Shown here: positions 28,917 to 42,100 of the stretch, piece after piece | Layout: every line of letters begins with the position of its first letter | Numbering within the stretch: position 1 is the first letter of the stretch | Assembly: GCA_003598025.1 (NCBI GenBank) | Contig: QZKH01000003.1 | Location: forward strand, 503,221-567,220 | Source: Candidatus Omnitrophota bacterium | GTDB lineage: Bacteria > Omnitrophota > Gorgyraeia > Gygaellales > Profunditerraquicolaceae | Direction of reading: 5' to 3' | Length of the DNA: 64,000 nt | Translations under genes and position numbers: made by a program | The notes under the pieces: generated by a model | What the model saw: the letters and a program-made list of their open reading frames with translations, nothing else | Told to the model about the DNA's origin: nothing | Databases searched by the model: none

Positions 28917-30182
28917 TTAAAGCTTACTTAATAACACTCTCTCTGTTTTATCTATAACAGCTAAGCTCTGCATATTCTGCTCAGAGAAACGAACAGGAGT
29001 AATTGCCGGAAGGCTCCGCGCAAGCATTATGGTAGACAGATTATCCCGAGTATTAACGCCACTTGTTACGCTCAGCTCGTTCTTTGCATATTGCAGAGGC
29101 CTTTCGACATTTCTCGGCATAAGCAGATCACAGGTATATAACAGACTATCTTTGCTCGTTTCTTCTGCAGGGCTGCTGGAAATTTCTGTCAGCCGGATAT
29201 CTCTTAAATCTACTCCCCCACTAAAATAATGCCTTGTGGTAATGATCATACCAAAAGGACTGCCGAAGGCTTCGGTTTCGCTGAATGAATACTGACCTTC
29301 TTTAATGGATTTAAGGTAGCTTTGGTAAATCTCATTAGGAGTTGAGGCATAATCGGTTTCTGTATCATCGAGTACTTTATAATTCACCGTTTGAAGGAGA
29401 GAATTATAGCCTGAACCGAACTTCCCCTTATACCAATGGGCCAAGATTAAAGCGTTATACACATCTCTTAAATCGGCGTAGCCATAGGCTTCATTAATGC
29501 GCTTATTCAGCTGTGGTAAGACTAATTCTTCCATAAGCTCTGAGGTAAAATCTTGCAGTTCTTTTTCTCTATTGTTCTTAAAAGTTATTCTCTGCGATAT
29601 ATAAGCCGGTTCAAGTTGTACTCTAAGGCTGCTTTTTGTAATGTAGAGTTGGTTTTGTTTCTCATAAACCTGGGCTAAATTGGGTACAATCCAGAGCCTT
29701 GTAACCAAAGGTATCTTATCTGCGGCGCCTAGTTCTTCTGCTTTTTGATATAACCTGCGCCAAAATTCCCTGCCCACTTGAGAGGATTGCGGATTTATGA
29801 TATTGGCCACATCCTCTTTCAGCCTGTAATCGGCATTAAGCATAATCCTGCCTAAATCAGTGTCAGCCAAGCTCGCATTTATGATCCTGTCCGGCTCGTC
29901 AGGATTAAGATTAACCCAAAAAGCATCATCGTGCATGGTTAAAGCGATAAACAGATGCTCTAAGGATTTTTGTGCTGCCTTATTGATATCCACAATGCCT
30001 TCAAAATTACCGGCCCTCTTAGCTTTAATGGTCATCCGTAAATGATTAACTCCGCTTGAGGTATCAACCACCATAGAAGTAAGCTGCACTGCGCTTATTG
30101 CCTCCTGGTCTGTCTCCCCTTTAGAGACACTGGAAAACAGCGATAGGCCAGTTATTATCATCATAACAATTATCCTTTTCAC
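28917..30182 (-). CDS. Secreted partner protein of the giant gene
   Basis: Signal peptide; FWVNLNPDEPDRI...LGRIMLNADYRLK...RLWIVP...YFSGGVDL; starts 2 nt after the giant gene stop. Confidence 0.75.
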   Translation of the reverse strand: MKRIIVMMIITGLSLFSSVSKGETDQEAISAVQLTSMVVDTSSGVNHLRMTIKAKRAGNFEGIVDINKAAQKSLEHLFIALTMHDDAFWVNLNPDEPDRIINASLADTDLGRIMLNADYRLKEDVANIINPQSSQVGREFWRRLYQKAEELGAADKIPLVTRLWIVPNLAQVYEKQNQLYITKSSLRVQLEPAYISQRITFKNNREKELQDFTSELMEELVLPQLNKRINEAYGYADLRDVYNALILAHWYKGKFGSGYNSLLQTVNYKVLDDTETDYASTPNEIYQSYLKSIKEGQYSFSETEAFGSPFGMIITTRHYFSGGVDLRDIRLTEISSSPAEETSKDSLLYTCDLLMPRNVERPLQYAKNELSVTSGVNTRDNLSTIMLARSLPAITPVRFSEQNMQSLAVIDKTERVLLSKL

Positions 30183-30183
30183 C

Positions 30184-33100
30184 TTACACCATGCCTTCTA
30201 ATTCTTTATTGGCTTTATCTAACTTGTCAAGGTACTGCGTATCAACCTTTGATTTTTCGATAGGCTTAAAGATAAGCTGCTTAATCTTGCCTTCATCATC
30301 CAGCTGGACTTTACCGGTTTCATCGGTCTTGGCAACAATATATTCCTTTAATTCCTTAGGCAGCTGCTCGTAGAATTTCGGCTCTTTGGCAAGACCGGCA
30401 ACAATCAGGCCTAAGCTAGAGAGGGTTTTGGTTTCTTCTCCGCGCTTGACTAAGACATCAACCTTTTTGCCCCAATACCTGATATTATCTTCAAAGATAA
30501 TCCTGATTGAGCCAGCTATTAGATACGGCTCAAGGCTCTTAATAATATAGTCCTGGGGGATATCCGGTATGGTAACTAAGCTCTTAAGCAAATCATCAGT
30601 TAAGCCTAAAATTTTGACAATCTTATCCCTATTCAAAGCTGGATCGATATTGATAAGTCTGACGCGTATGTTCTCTGGAATCTGTTTCTTTTCCTGCGCC
30701 TGATACAATGAAGCAAGCGCTTCTCTAAAGCCAAGTCCTTTTAGCTGAGGCGTGCCTTTTGAGGTATCGATAAGAGTATCGACATCAATTTCTAGCGTCA
30801 TTCCGTCATAACCAATACAAAGCATATTAATAGCCTGAATTGCGCTGTTGCTTAAGACTAAATCATTATTCTCATTAACACTAAACAAGGCTCCAGCGAA
30901 AGGATCAGCCGTCTTTATTTTTAGCTTCTCTGTATTTTCCCTGTTAAATTTATCCTCAAGGACTTTTATGGCATCGCTGACTGCCTGGTTATCCGGTTCT
31001 TTCTCAAAGAGCAGCCTTAAAAACGGCAAGGCTTCAACAGCGCCAAATTTTGCTAAAGCAATGGCTGCATTATTTCTTATTTCCCGACTCGGGCTATATA
31101 AGGAATTGATAAGCTTAGAATCTACTTCTCTTAATAACATGACCAAGTCAGCATCGTTTAGCCTGATTTGCTGTTCTTGCTCAATAGACCTTGCTTTCTT
31201 GCTTGCCCAATCAACCCTGGGAAGATTACCCAGGTTAATAGTAGTGTTGATAGTACGGAATTCTTGCTCAATGCCCGGAGGCAAAGTCACGGAAGTCTTA
31301 AATAATAATCCCATAAACAGCCGTTCCAGCTCCTGATCTGCCGGATGAGAAAGCTTATAGAACGCTGAACCGACCTCATGAACGATAATCCTGAATAAGG
31401 CTACCAAAATCTGCTTATCTCTGTTTTTTATGCCCTGGTTTATCTCTTCAACAGTAACCGGCCTTCCCAATAAATCCTCAAGACAGGACCGCTGAATATA
31501 AAAGGTATTACCGCTAAGAGTCGCACCAAAGGTTGAACGTCCGTTGTCAATAATGTATATATTTAAAGTCCTGAGGTAATCTATCAGTTCGTTAGCGTGG
31601 TTGGGAAATATGCGCGAGAAAAATACTGTGAGTGCAACAAGAAAATCAGGATCCAGCGGCATACCCTTAATTTTTCCCAATTCATAAGATTCTTTTATTT
31701 CTCGTGCCATAGGAGGCGGAAAATCTCCAAACTTAGCCGGAAGATTAGTCGTATCTCTGAACATGTTGTCAAAGAATAATTTTCTTAAGCCCTCTATAAC
31801 ACTGTCTCTTGTATCAGGAAAATCAAGGCTAAAATTATTATTAGGCGCCTGGGGCTTCTTTTCTTGAGGCTTAGGCTGAGGAATAGGTTGAGGCGACGGG
31901 GTAACCGGCTTGGGTCTTTCCAGTTCTGGCTCATAGACCGGCGGTTCTTCTATTATAGGCCTTACTTGTTTTAGTTTTGGCTTATTAAAATCTAAAATCT
32001 CTTCTATTCTTTCATCAAAACGGCTTCCCTTGCCTTTTTCGCTTTTTCCAACAATTTTGATTTCATATTCTTCAGCTAAGCGGGAAACATCCTTAGCCAA
32101 CTGCTCTGTCCACGGGATCCCTTTTCTTGCAGCGAGTTTCTTCGCTCCTAGAAGAATTGCCTCGTGGGCAAGCAGGACTGCGACTTCAAAAGTATAGAGC
32201 TGCTCGTAGGTAAGCTGGTCTATGTAGATTGAATTATTAGAAAGTCCGTTGTGAGCTATCTGATAGGCATTTTCATTGTTTACCAATAAGCCGGGAGGAG
32301 AATTATTGTGCGGTACTATCAAGACAATATTTGCTATCGAAAGTATCTCCGGAATATCAACTCTGCCTAATCTTGGAATTTGCACAGAAGGATATCTTTT
32401 TAACGACGAGATTACCCAGGCAATATCCTGTGCGTATTTTGCGCAGTTATCTTTCCAGCCGGATGCATCGCCCCAGATAAGGCTGCCCCTTCCTTCTCTT
32501 TGCGCTGCTGTAATAACCTCATTGACATCCATGTGTTCATCCGGGCTGAACATACCTTTTCCTTTAGCTGCGCCTGCAAAGTCAGACTTAATTCTATTGG
32601 CAAGCAGGTGTAAAGTTCGTTGCCAGCCATGCTCTCCGCCCTGATCGTAAAACTCTACTTCTTCAGGGATATTATGTTTTGCGCCAACGGAATAAACTTT
32701 TGCCCCGGGGATAATCATCCTGCGGTCTAATCCTGAAGGCCCGAAGTCGTCTCCCACAATAAGGATCTGTCGTGGTTGTATGTCCTGCGGAAGATAATTC
32801 CTGAACATTCCTACTGCCGCAGCTTTATCCACTCCTTTAGAAACTATATGTATAGTCCCTCCTCCAGAGACCAGTATATCTAACTGCCAGCTGCCGGGGA
32901 TTCTGCGTTTAATTCTTTCTATTAATTCTTTTTTCTGATCCGCTGAAGTGCTTTCTTTGATGCCCAGAGTCAATGAAATATCCCTGTTATGAATAAAGGT
33001 AACACCCGGATCCTGGGTTAGAATGGGGCCTAAGACTGGAATATTGCCTTTTGGATTAACCACTTCTTTTATTGCGCTTCTTATGATTTCCTGCAATTCT

Positions 33101-36100
33101 TTTCTGTGCGCCTCTGTATCAAAAGGCGCTCTTCCCATGGTAGCGTCATCCAAAAGCACTGCCTTGAACTGCCCCTGTGTATAGAACTGCCATAGCTGGC
33201 TGCCTTCTGAAGGGCCGATATACAGGCTGCTCAACAGCTCTTCTGAATCTCCTGAGTTCTTAAGCAGGCTGCGCAGCGGTTCTATTAGATATGTTTTTGT
33301 CTCTTCCGTGCTTTGCGCGGTGATAATTGCAATCTTTATTTTTGCCTTTAAGAAACCTCTAAGCTGCTCAAGGATCTCCGGCGGTACAGTGCGCAGGGTG
33401 CGTGAAAGTGTCTTATCCAAATCGAATATCATTGCCTTCGGCAAGCCGGATGTGTTTGGAGCCTTTGGAATAATATCGTCTATCCCGCAGGAATATTTAA
33501 GCATTAAACCAATCCACAAATCTACGTGGTCAATAAGATTTTTTACCTTAACCTTCTCATGGGAATGATTACCCTCGTATGGAGAACGAATATGTAAACC
33601 AGCATTTGCATGATTTGGAAAATGGACAAAGTCACCCATACCTAAACCTTCTCTTGTCAGCTCTATTTTTCTACCTTTACTAACGGCAATTTCCCGAACC
33701 GTATTTATTATGTCACTGTAGGGCTTCTTCTGGCTGTCCTGACCAGACACTACAACAACGAACGAATTATCCGGATCAGGGATTGCATAATCTAACGGAC
33801 CATCGGAAGTCAGCGAGAATAACACATTCTTAAACAACTCAGGATGACTTTCACCCAAGTGTCTCGCTCCTTCAAAAGGCGTTTCTTCTTCAGCAGTAAT
33901 AATGAAAACAATTCTTCTGCGGTCTGCGCCTTTATCCCAATAGTTTGTCTTTATGAATCTTAATGCTTCAAACAACACCGTAAGTCCCGCTTTATCATCT
34001 GCTCCGAAAGAACGATCTTGCTTATGATAAAAACCCTTTATCTGATCAGAAATATTCATATCTTCTGGAGTTGAAGAGGGGATTGTATCCATATGAGCAT
34101 TGATGATAAATCCCGGCTCTTTAGAGAACCTTCCTGTCCCGGGAAATTCTACAACCAGGTTCTTTGGTGTATCCGAGCTGCCGCACTGCGGGCCGCATTC
34201 AAGAACAACTCTTGCACCCATGGCTGTAAGGGCATCTTTTAACTGCTGCCTGATTGCCTCTTCGCTTCCTGTGGGACTTCTCTGACGGATCAGGCTGACA
34301 AAAGTATCTACGCTTTGGCTTCTGGCTTTTTCATGCAAATAGAGTGAACTTACTTCTTTAGAAATTGCCCTTGCCTTGGCTAACAAGGTGTCTGCCACCG
34401 GCTTTATTTCTTCGGCCTTTTTCAGCACTTCTATTTCTTTCTTTAGCTGCGCCTCTTCTTCTTTAAGCTCGGTTATGGTTTCCTGCAAAAGCCCTCTTTG
34501 CACATCTAAACCGCGAAGTACAAGCAAGAGCCTCTCGCGTTCTTCATTAAGCTTGGCTGCAGCAGCATTAATACCGTCTAATTCCTGACGTGCTTTATCC
34601 CTTTCAGCAACAAGACTGTCCAACTCAGCTTTTACCCCTGCTTTTTCCTGTTCAAGCCTTGAGAGCTCGGCTGCATGCTCTTGTTTCTTTCTAGCGAATT
34701 CTTCATCCAGGGCGTTGATCTGGGCTTGGATATCTTGTCTTTGAGCATCAAGCTGTTCCTGCAGCCTCTTCTGTTCTTCGCTTAGAACCTGCTGCTTTTG
34801 CTGCGCCTGAGCTTGAGTGGCTTCTTGTGTTTCTTGAACATGGCGCCTTGCTTCCTCAAGTTCTTGTTGTGTTCTATCAACATTTTCTTTTAACGCTGCC
34901 CTTTGAGCCTCTAAGCCGCGGATTTCTTCCTGAAGATTTTGTTTTTCTTTTCCAAGGCTTAATAATTCCTGCTTTTTGCTTTCTACATCCTGCTGAACTC
35001 CCTTTAAGCCTGTGGTTTCGGCCTTAAGCTTTTCTCTTTCTTCTCTTAAGCTGGTCAGCTCCTGAGTAAGATTTGTTATTTCTTCTTTTATAACTCTTGC
35101 TTTTTCCTCTGCCTCGCTTATAGATAACGACAGTTCTTTTTGTTTAGCCTTAATCTCATTTTGCAGCGCAGTTGTCTGTTGGGAGAGTTCATCTTTCTGT
35201 CGGATTAAACTTTCTATCTGCTGATCTAGCTGTGTTGTTTTAATTTGAGCTGCGCGCTCGGTTTCCTGTCTGGCCAAAGCGTCTTTTTCTGTTTCAAGGC
35301 TAGTAATAGCTTGCGTTAATTCCTGCATTTTTTGATTCAAGGCTGCTATTTCTTTCTGAAGACCATCTTTCCTAGTCTGAAAACTTGCAGCATCTTCTTC
35401 AAGCTGTTTTTTCTGTGCATTAAGAGCAGTTGTTTCTTCTTTTACTTTTCTTAAGTTTTCTTCTGCTTCCTGCAATTGCTTATTTAATGCCTCTATCTGA
35501 GCCTTAGCAGCTGAAGTATCCTGCAGAGCTGTTAACTCCTGGCGTGCTTTTTCTTTCTGCTGCTCCAAGACCTTCAGTTCTTCCTGATAAGCATCAATTT
35601 TTTGCTTTAAGCCCTGGATCGCCTGTTCATAATTAGTTCTTTCTTCTTTGAATCTGGCTGTTGCCTCTTCCTCCTGAGCTGCTGCCAAAGACAAACTCTG
35701 CCTCTTTGCTTCCAAATCTTTCTCAAGCTGGATAATTTCCTGTGTTAGTTTTTCTTTCTGCTGAGTTAATTCTTGAATCTGCTGTCCAGCTTGCGCGGAC
35801 TTCTGGCTTCTTTCTTCTTCAAGCGCAGCAATTGTCTTTTCAAGACCTGCTATTTCTTCTTTAAGACTGGATACCTTTGTCTGTAATTGCGGAATAACTG
35901 CTGCATCCTGCGGCTCAACTGCTACTACATCGTCCGGTTTTTCTCCTGCACCCTCAAGTGCCTCAATAGGAAATGGAGTCTTTGGCAAAGGATAGTCTTG
36001 TTTGTTATATTCAATTTGTCCTTGCAGGACCTCGGGTTTCACTGCGTAAAGCTCAAATCCTTCAGGAGTAGTTTTTGTGCTAAGAAGATTAATGACTTTT

Positions 36101-39100
36101 AAATCCAAAATTGTGATGACTTCCTTAATCTTAGAGAGCCTGTATTTGGTTTGGGTGACATTATGGAACTTCTGGAAACGGGCCCATTCATAACGCTGGA
36201 TAAAATCTATTGAGCGGGGAGTGTAGTTTATCGGTTCGCCCGGAAGATTAAAAGTATGGAGCAATTGATACCAGTCATTATCCCTTAAGAGCCAGGATAT
36301 CCTCAAGCCATAGATATCATAAAGATGGCTTACTACAGAGAGCTTTTCTTCGCTAGTTAGTTCCTGCCATTCAGGATGTTTTATAATCTGCGTTAATTCT
36401 TTTTTGGCAAAACCTCTTTTTGAAGATGCGAGATTTGTCACTGTTAACGGTAATCCTAAGCCTTCCAGAAAAGCCTTCTGATTCCGCAAGGTATCAGGAT
36501 TGCGTAACAATAAACTTCTGCCATGTCCATTTACGATATCAAGCCCCAGTTCATCATGCAGGAAACGGATTCTATCTTTTACATTGATTTTTTCAGAGCG
36601 AAGCAGACGCTGCATTTCTTTGGAAGGAAGCGCTTTTAAGAATTCAACTGACTTATCTATATCTGCATCGCTAATCTTTACTGTCTGAGTCTCGGGCCTT
36701 GGTGTGGTGGTAATAGTTTCGGCTTGGGAAGATAGAGTGGCGGATTCTTGTTCTTTCTGTGAAACTTGCGACTTTAATTCTACAATCCTTGCGTCCAGCT
36801 CTTCTATGATGTTATTTTTGACCTCTTTTGCCTGAACAAGCTCATCTTGAACTCTTTGGTGTTCTTCTCTTAAACGCCCTAATTCATCGGTTATCTTCTT
36901 TAACTCGTCTTCCTGTTTCTTGCTACCTGCTTCTAAATCAGCGGCCTGCGTTTTCTTCTGTTCAATTTCAGCAGCTAAATCTTCTTTTTCTTTTCGTTGA
37001 GAAGAAAGCTGCCTTTCTAAGTCATCTGCCTGCTGCTGCAATCCTTTAACCCTGTCAGAAAGATTCTTAAATCTTGACCATCTTCTCCATAAGATGATCC
37101 CGCCTGCTAATATTCCTATGCCGGTTAAGCCAAGCAGGATTATTCCTAATTTCCCCTGCCAGGGAAGACTAATCCAGATATTCTTTAATGTAGGTTCGGA
37201 TTTTATTTTAGCCTCATCTAAAACTGTCTTTGCCTCGCTTATCTGTTGCCTTAAGCCTGATAAATTCTGCTGTAGTTTATCCTTATCCTGCGTTAACTGG
37301 TTAACGTTATTCTCAAGGACGCTCTTTTGAGACTGCAACTGCGTTAAATTTTGCTCCCCTTGTTTTTTCTGTGTCTCAAGCTGCCTGACTTCACCTTGAA
37401 GATTATCAATTTTCTGCTGGATGCGCGGGGGCTGGCTTTGTAAATGCTTTACTTCTTGGGCGGCTTTTTCTTTTTCAGCAAGAATTCTGTTTAATTCTTC
37501 CTGCGCTTGTTGCTGCTGCGCTTCAAGGGTAGCAATTTGACGTTCATAGTCAGCTTTCTTCTCTTGAAGCTGAGTAACTTCTTCAGGAAGTTTTTGTGTT
37601 TCCTTTAACTGCTGCAGTTGTTTTTGGGCACCGGCAAGCTGGGCTTTCAGATCAGATACTTCTATTTTAAGATTTGAATCTGTCTGGCGTATTTTATCCA
37701 GTTCAGCCTGTATAGATTTTATTTGCTCGCTGATCTGAGTTATAATCTGCTGTGTATCTGGAGCATTATCTTGAGCTTGGTCTACCTGCGCCGGTTTAGG
37801 TTTAGCCTCTTCTCTAGCCGGTGCTTTTTCTTGCGAAACAGCATCTTTGCCGGTTTCTTCCACAGAAACCTTTCCGCTTAAATCTAACGGTTTTTGTCCT
37901 TCAGGTACATCACTTAAACCAACCTTGGGATTAACCTGTGCAGTAGCAGGGCCAAGCCTGACCTTAGCTTCCGTTGCAAGCTCAACTCCTTCAGTATCAC
38001 TTTTATTCTGTTTAACTTTTTCTCCCAAAGATGCCTTGGCAGATAAACTTATTGGGGCTTCTTCCTGAGGAACATCACTTAAGCCCACCTTCGGACTTAT
38101 ATCTCCAGTTAGAGGGCCTACACGCATGTTGCCTTGACTCCTGAGCTCAACTCCTTTGGGTGCCTTTTTAACTTCTGGTGTCTTGGCTGTTTCCTGTTTC
38201 TTTGCCTTCTCGCCTAATTCGATATTCCCGGAAACGCTTAACGACGCTTCATGTGGTTTAGGCTGGCTAAGAGCAACCTCTGTTCTACTGTGTATAGTCA
38301 GAGGTCCTATCCTTGAATTAAATGCAGTGGCGCAGCCACTGGAAAGCAGCAATGCAGCAGCCAATAGAAAGCCGGTGCAGAAGTTCCGGAAAGAATGCCC
38401 TTGCTTAGGAGTATTTTTCTTAACCGGCTGTGAATTTGCTTGAACTGGACTGCTTACAGGATTATTTTCCTGCGCGGGGGCTGGCTTCTCTAAAACCGTA
38501 CCCTCTCCTGAATCAACGGGCTGTATTTCTTGTGTTTCTTTTGGTGTATTTCTTTGCCAGATATTCCTTAATAATAAGGTTTGTCTTGGATTATTTGGAT
38601 CAACTCTTTTTAAAGAATAGTTCCAATGCGGGCTAAAAGTCTCCAGGTATTCATTGCGCGCTGCATAATTATCCCACAGGCCTAAAGCCTTTAAATGTTC
38701 AAAGCCGGTTGTCTTTTCTATTTCCTGTGCTGTAGCAGGATATTTCTGGTCAAAATGGTCGTGTATGGCATTGAAATTGGAAATAAAACTGCTCATTAAA
38801 ACTTGGCTGAATCCTTGTGAGCTGGCATATTCAACTACCTTCTCTAATACTTTATCCGAAATCTCCTTTACTGAAACCGGCCAAGATCTTCCCCAAACAG
38901 GAAGCTGTATTGCATCAACAATTAGAACAGGTTCGCTATCTTTCTCGCCAACAATTGTATAAACATTACCTACCCATTTGTCATCCTGGATAACCCTAAA
39001 GACCAATAATCCGGGGTCAAACATAAACTGTGGGATAGTATTGTAGAAAGCCGAGCCGTTTATGGAAGTACAGTCTCCACTTGCCACACCTCTTAAAATA

Positions 39101-42100
39101 TCATCAGCCGTTCTCTCAGAAAGCCTCAGTTCAAACTGGATGTCTTTTGCCTCGCGGATAACCTGCTGCTTGTTTGCCTGGAACGAAGTGCAGCGGTTAA
39201 ACTGCCAGCGGATATCTTCAATCTCTTTTTGCAAAACCCTGTTCAAGGCATCTTTTAAGCTTGCATTCTCTTCAAGGGAAATAGTCTCCCCGCCGATATC
39301 TATGCGGAAAAATTCCTCAAGGACACTTAAGGCGCCAAGGTAGTTTTTCTCAGATAAGAGATCATTGACCTCGTCGAGTTTGGCTTTGCTTTGCAAAGAA
39401 ACATAAGATAAAAGCAGTTGATAATATGTGTATAGATCAGTCGGCGTTGCGCCTTTATACAGTTCTTTCCTTAACAGGCGCGACCTTTCCTGATGTATTC
39501 TTTCTAATAACTCATCAGCAGTGCCTATTTGTGTCCTTCTAATCCTATTTAAATACTGCCCGATAAACTCCTCGGCGCGCCTGTCTTCTTCATAACGAAT
39601 CTTCTCTTTAGGAACACTAAAAAAGTAGCTCTTGTTTTGAGGCTGATCAAAGTCATCCGTCAAGCTCAATTCTTTCGCTCTTTGCTTAAAGTTATGATAG
39701 AAGCTCTTATCCTTAAAGAAATCTATGATGGAACCATGTTTAATAAGACTAGAGTAAAGCAGGCCTAATGCTTTAACAGCCTGATTTCTTGAAATGCCTA
39801 CTTCAAAAGGAATTCTGATATCGATATTCTTTGGAACAAGCTCACTGGATTCTGCAGATATCTTGGACAAGACTTGAGCAAGTTGTGTCCTTAAATCCTC
39901 CGGTAATTTATATTCTTGAAGAACGGGTCTTGGTAAATATTCGGTTTCATAGTATGAATCGCGGTCCGGTTTATGCGGGAAGAGTTTGTAAAAAATGTAA
40001 CAAACTAATCCGATAAATCCAGCAACACCTGCTACAAATACTAAAGGCGTAAGCGGATTATAGAGCCAATCACCAGAAGAAAAATCCTGCGCCTGGGCTT
40101 TATTTGCAAAGAGAAGGCTTGAGAATATTCCTAAAGGAATAAAGGATGCTAATCTTACGCCCAAAGCAGGACTAGATCCCCTGCCGGTACCAAGACCTAA
40201 TTCAACGCCTATATGCCCAAGCTCGTCCTTCTTCTCCCTAATCTTCATTCTTAATTCGCCCAACTCATATTCTATCTTTTGGGCTTCTGCGGTTTTCTGA
40301 TCAGAAGCTTCTTTTAAAGCTAAAGCTACAGCATTTTTGCCTGAGTTGGCTGCTTCCTGGCCTCTTCTATTTAACTGAGTTAACTCTTCTCGCCTCTCTT
40401 TGGAAAGGCTGGCAAGGCGGGTTTCCTCGCTGGACATCTCGCCTAAGAGTTTTTCCAAATAATCCAAATCTTTCTGTCTCTGCTGAATTACTTGAGGAGT
40501 AGTTTTATCTAACTCAATCCTATAGCCAGAGACATCCTGGAAATCATTAGAGATAGAATTTCCATTTATTGTCTGGACAAATTCTTCGCTTACTCCTGCC
40601 TCGGAAAAGAATTCTGTCCCCCCTAATTTCTTAAGCTTAAATACCGCCGTTTCATTTTGGCCACTTTTTTCTCTCGCAGCTTTACGTAAGGCATCTTTTA
40701 TTCCCCGCTGAGCCGGATCAGAGCTTATCAGCAAATAATCAAATCCCTGCGAACCCAGATAGTTCATAAATTCACGAACAAATCTTGCTGCAAATTCTTT
40801 TCTTATCTCTTCTTTCCCTTCTCCATTTGTCACTAAAAGGTGGCTTTCGTTAAGTTGAAACATATCTAAGAAGAGATAGAATTTACCGTTTTTGTCTTTA
40901 AACGCGAAAGTATAAATATTACCTACCCATCTATTCTCTTCAATCACTTTAAAAAGAAAACAAGCGGGATCCATAACAAAAGCTTGGGTGTCCAAGAAAT
41001 GCGGATAGTCACCATCGGTATTTTTTGTGCAATCTTGGCTCACAAATCCTTTGAAGAAATCAGCTAAGGTCCCTCCGGATAAATGGAACTGCAATATCTG
41101 TTTTCCTTTCTCATCGAGTTTATTGTTTATCGTAGACTTCTTTTGTTCAATAAATTTTGATACAGAAGAATAAAACTTGGACTTTTCCTGTAACCATTTA
41201 TTCTTTAAAATCAGTTCGCGAACACGTTGCCAATATTGCACAACTGTCCTTAGCTTGTTAAAGTCATCGGTTGCACTGTTTATCTGCGCCCTTAACTCGG
41301 CTGTCTCAGAAAAAGCAAGGATTTCCATTATTTTTAAAGTAAATACTGCCCGCTGCTGTTCGGAAAACTGCTGCCAATTTTGCACTTTGCCTAACAGTTG
41401 TTGAGCCATCTTTGAAACTGTATCTGAAGTGACAAACTCCTCTAGAGGTCTACCCTTAATTAATTCCCTTTTTGGCTCAATAAAGTTATCATAGAGATTA
41501 GGCCATTCCATGCGTAGATATTGAATGAGCTGCCTTAACGCCTGAACGGTATCGCTTATAGGCATTACCTGCGCTTCTTCTTCCCTAGACCACTTTACTA
41601 TCTCACCTATACAGGATACCCTGAATTTCTCTCCTGGCTGATTGAACCCCGGCTTTAATCCCGTTGCCTCATCAAGAAAACGCCTATAATACGCAGGCTT
41701 TTGGCTTTCCGCGTAGCTGTAAACACCATCCCTCCCCATCTTCTCCATAGCTTTTCTTACAGGAGAAAATTCTTGGATAAAGCTTCTAATTGTATCCTCC
41801 CCGCCTACGGCCCTGATCAGCTCATCAAAACTTACAGCGTCTCTTAAACCTGCGAGGTTAGATGGCGCGCCTAATTTAACAATTTTCTGGCCAACAATAT
41901 ACTGGTAGGCTTTCTCAACGCGCTTATCTGTATCTATTGATGAATCAGTTAAAATATCCAAAAGGTCTGGTGTAATCAAAACCAGCTGACGATAAGCTTT
42001 GTAATATTGATTCAGAACCGCGGGAAGATGATTAAAGTCCCTATCCTTTCCTTTGCTCTTGTAATAATCAAATGTTGTAGCAATATCACGGCAGAAAACC

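Noticed and set aside
34400-37700. SMC or tape-measure identity for the coiled coils
   Set aside because: No Walker motifs, hinge domain or tail-gene context
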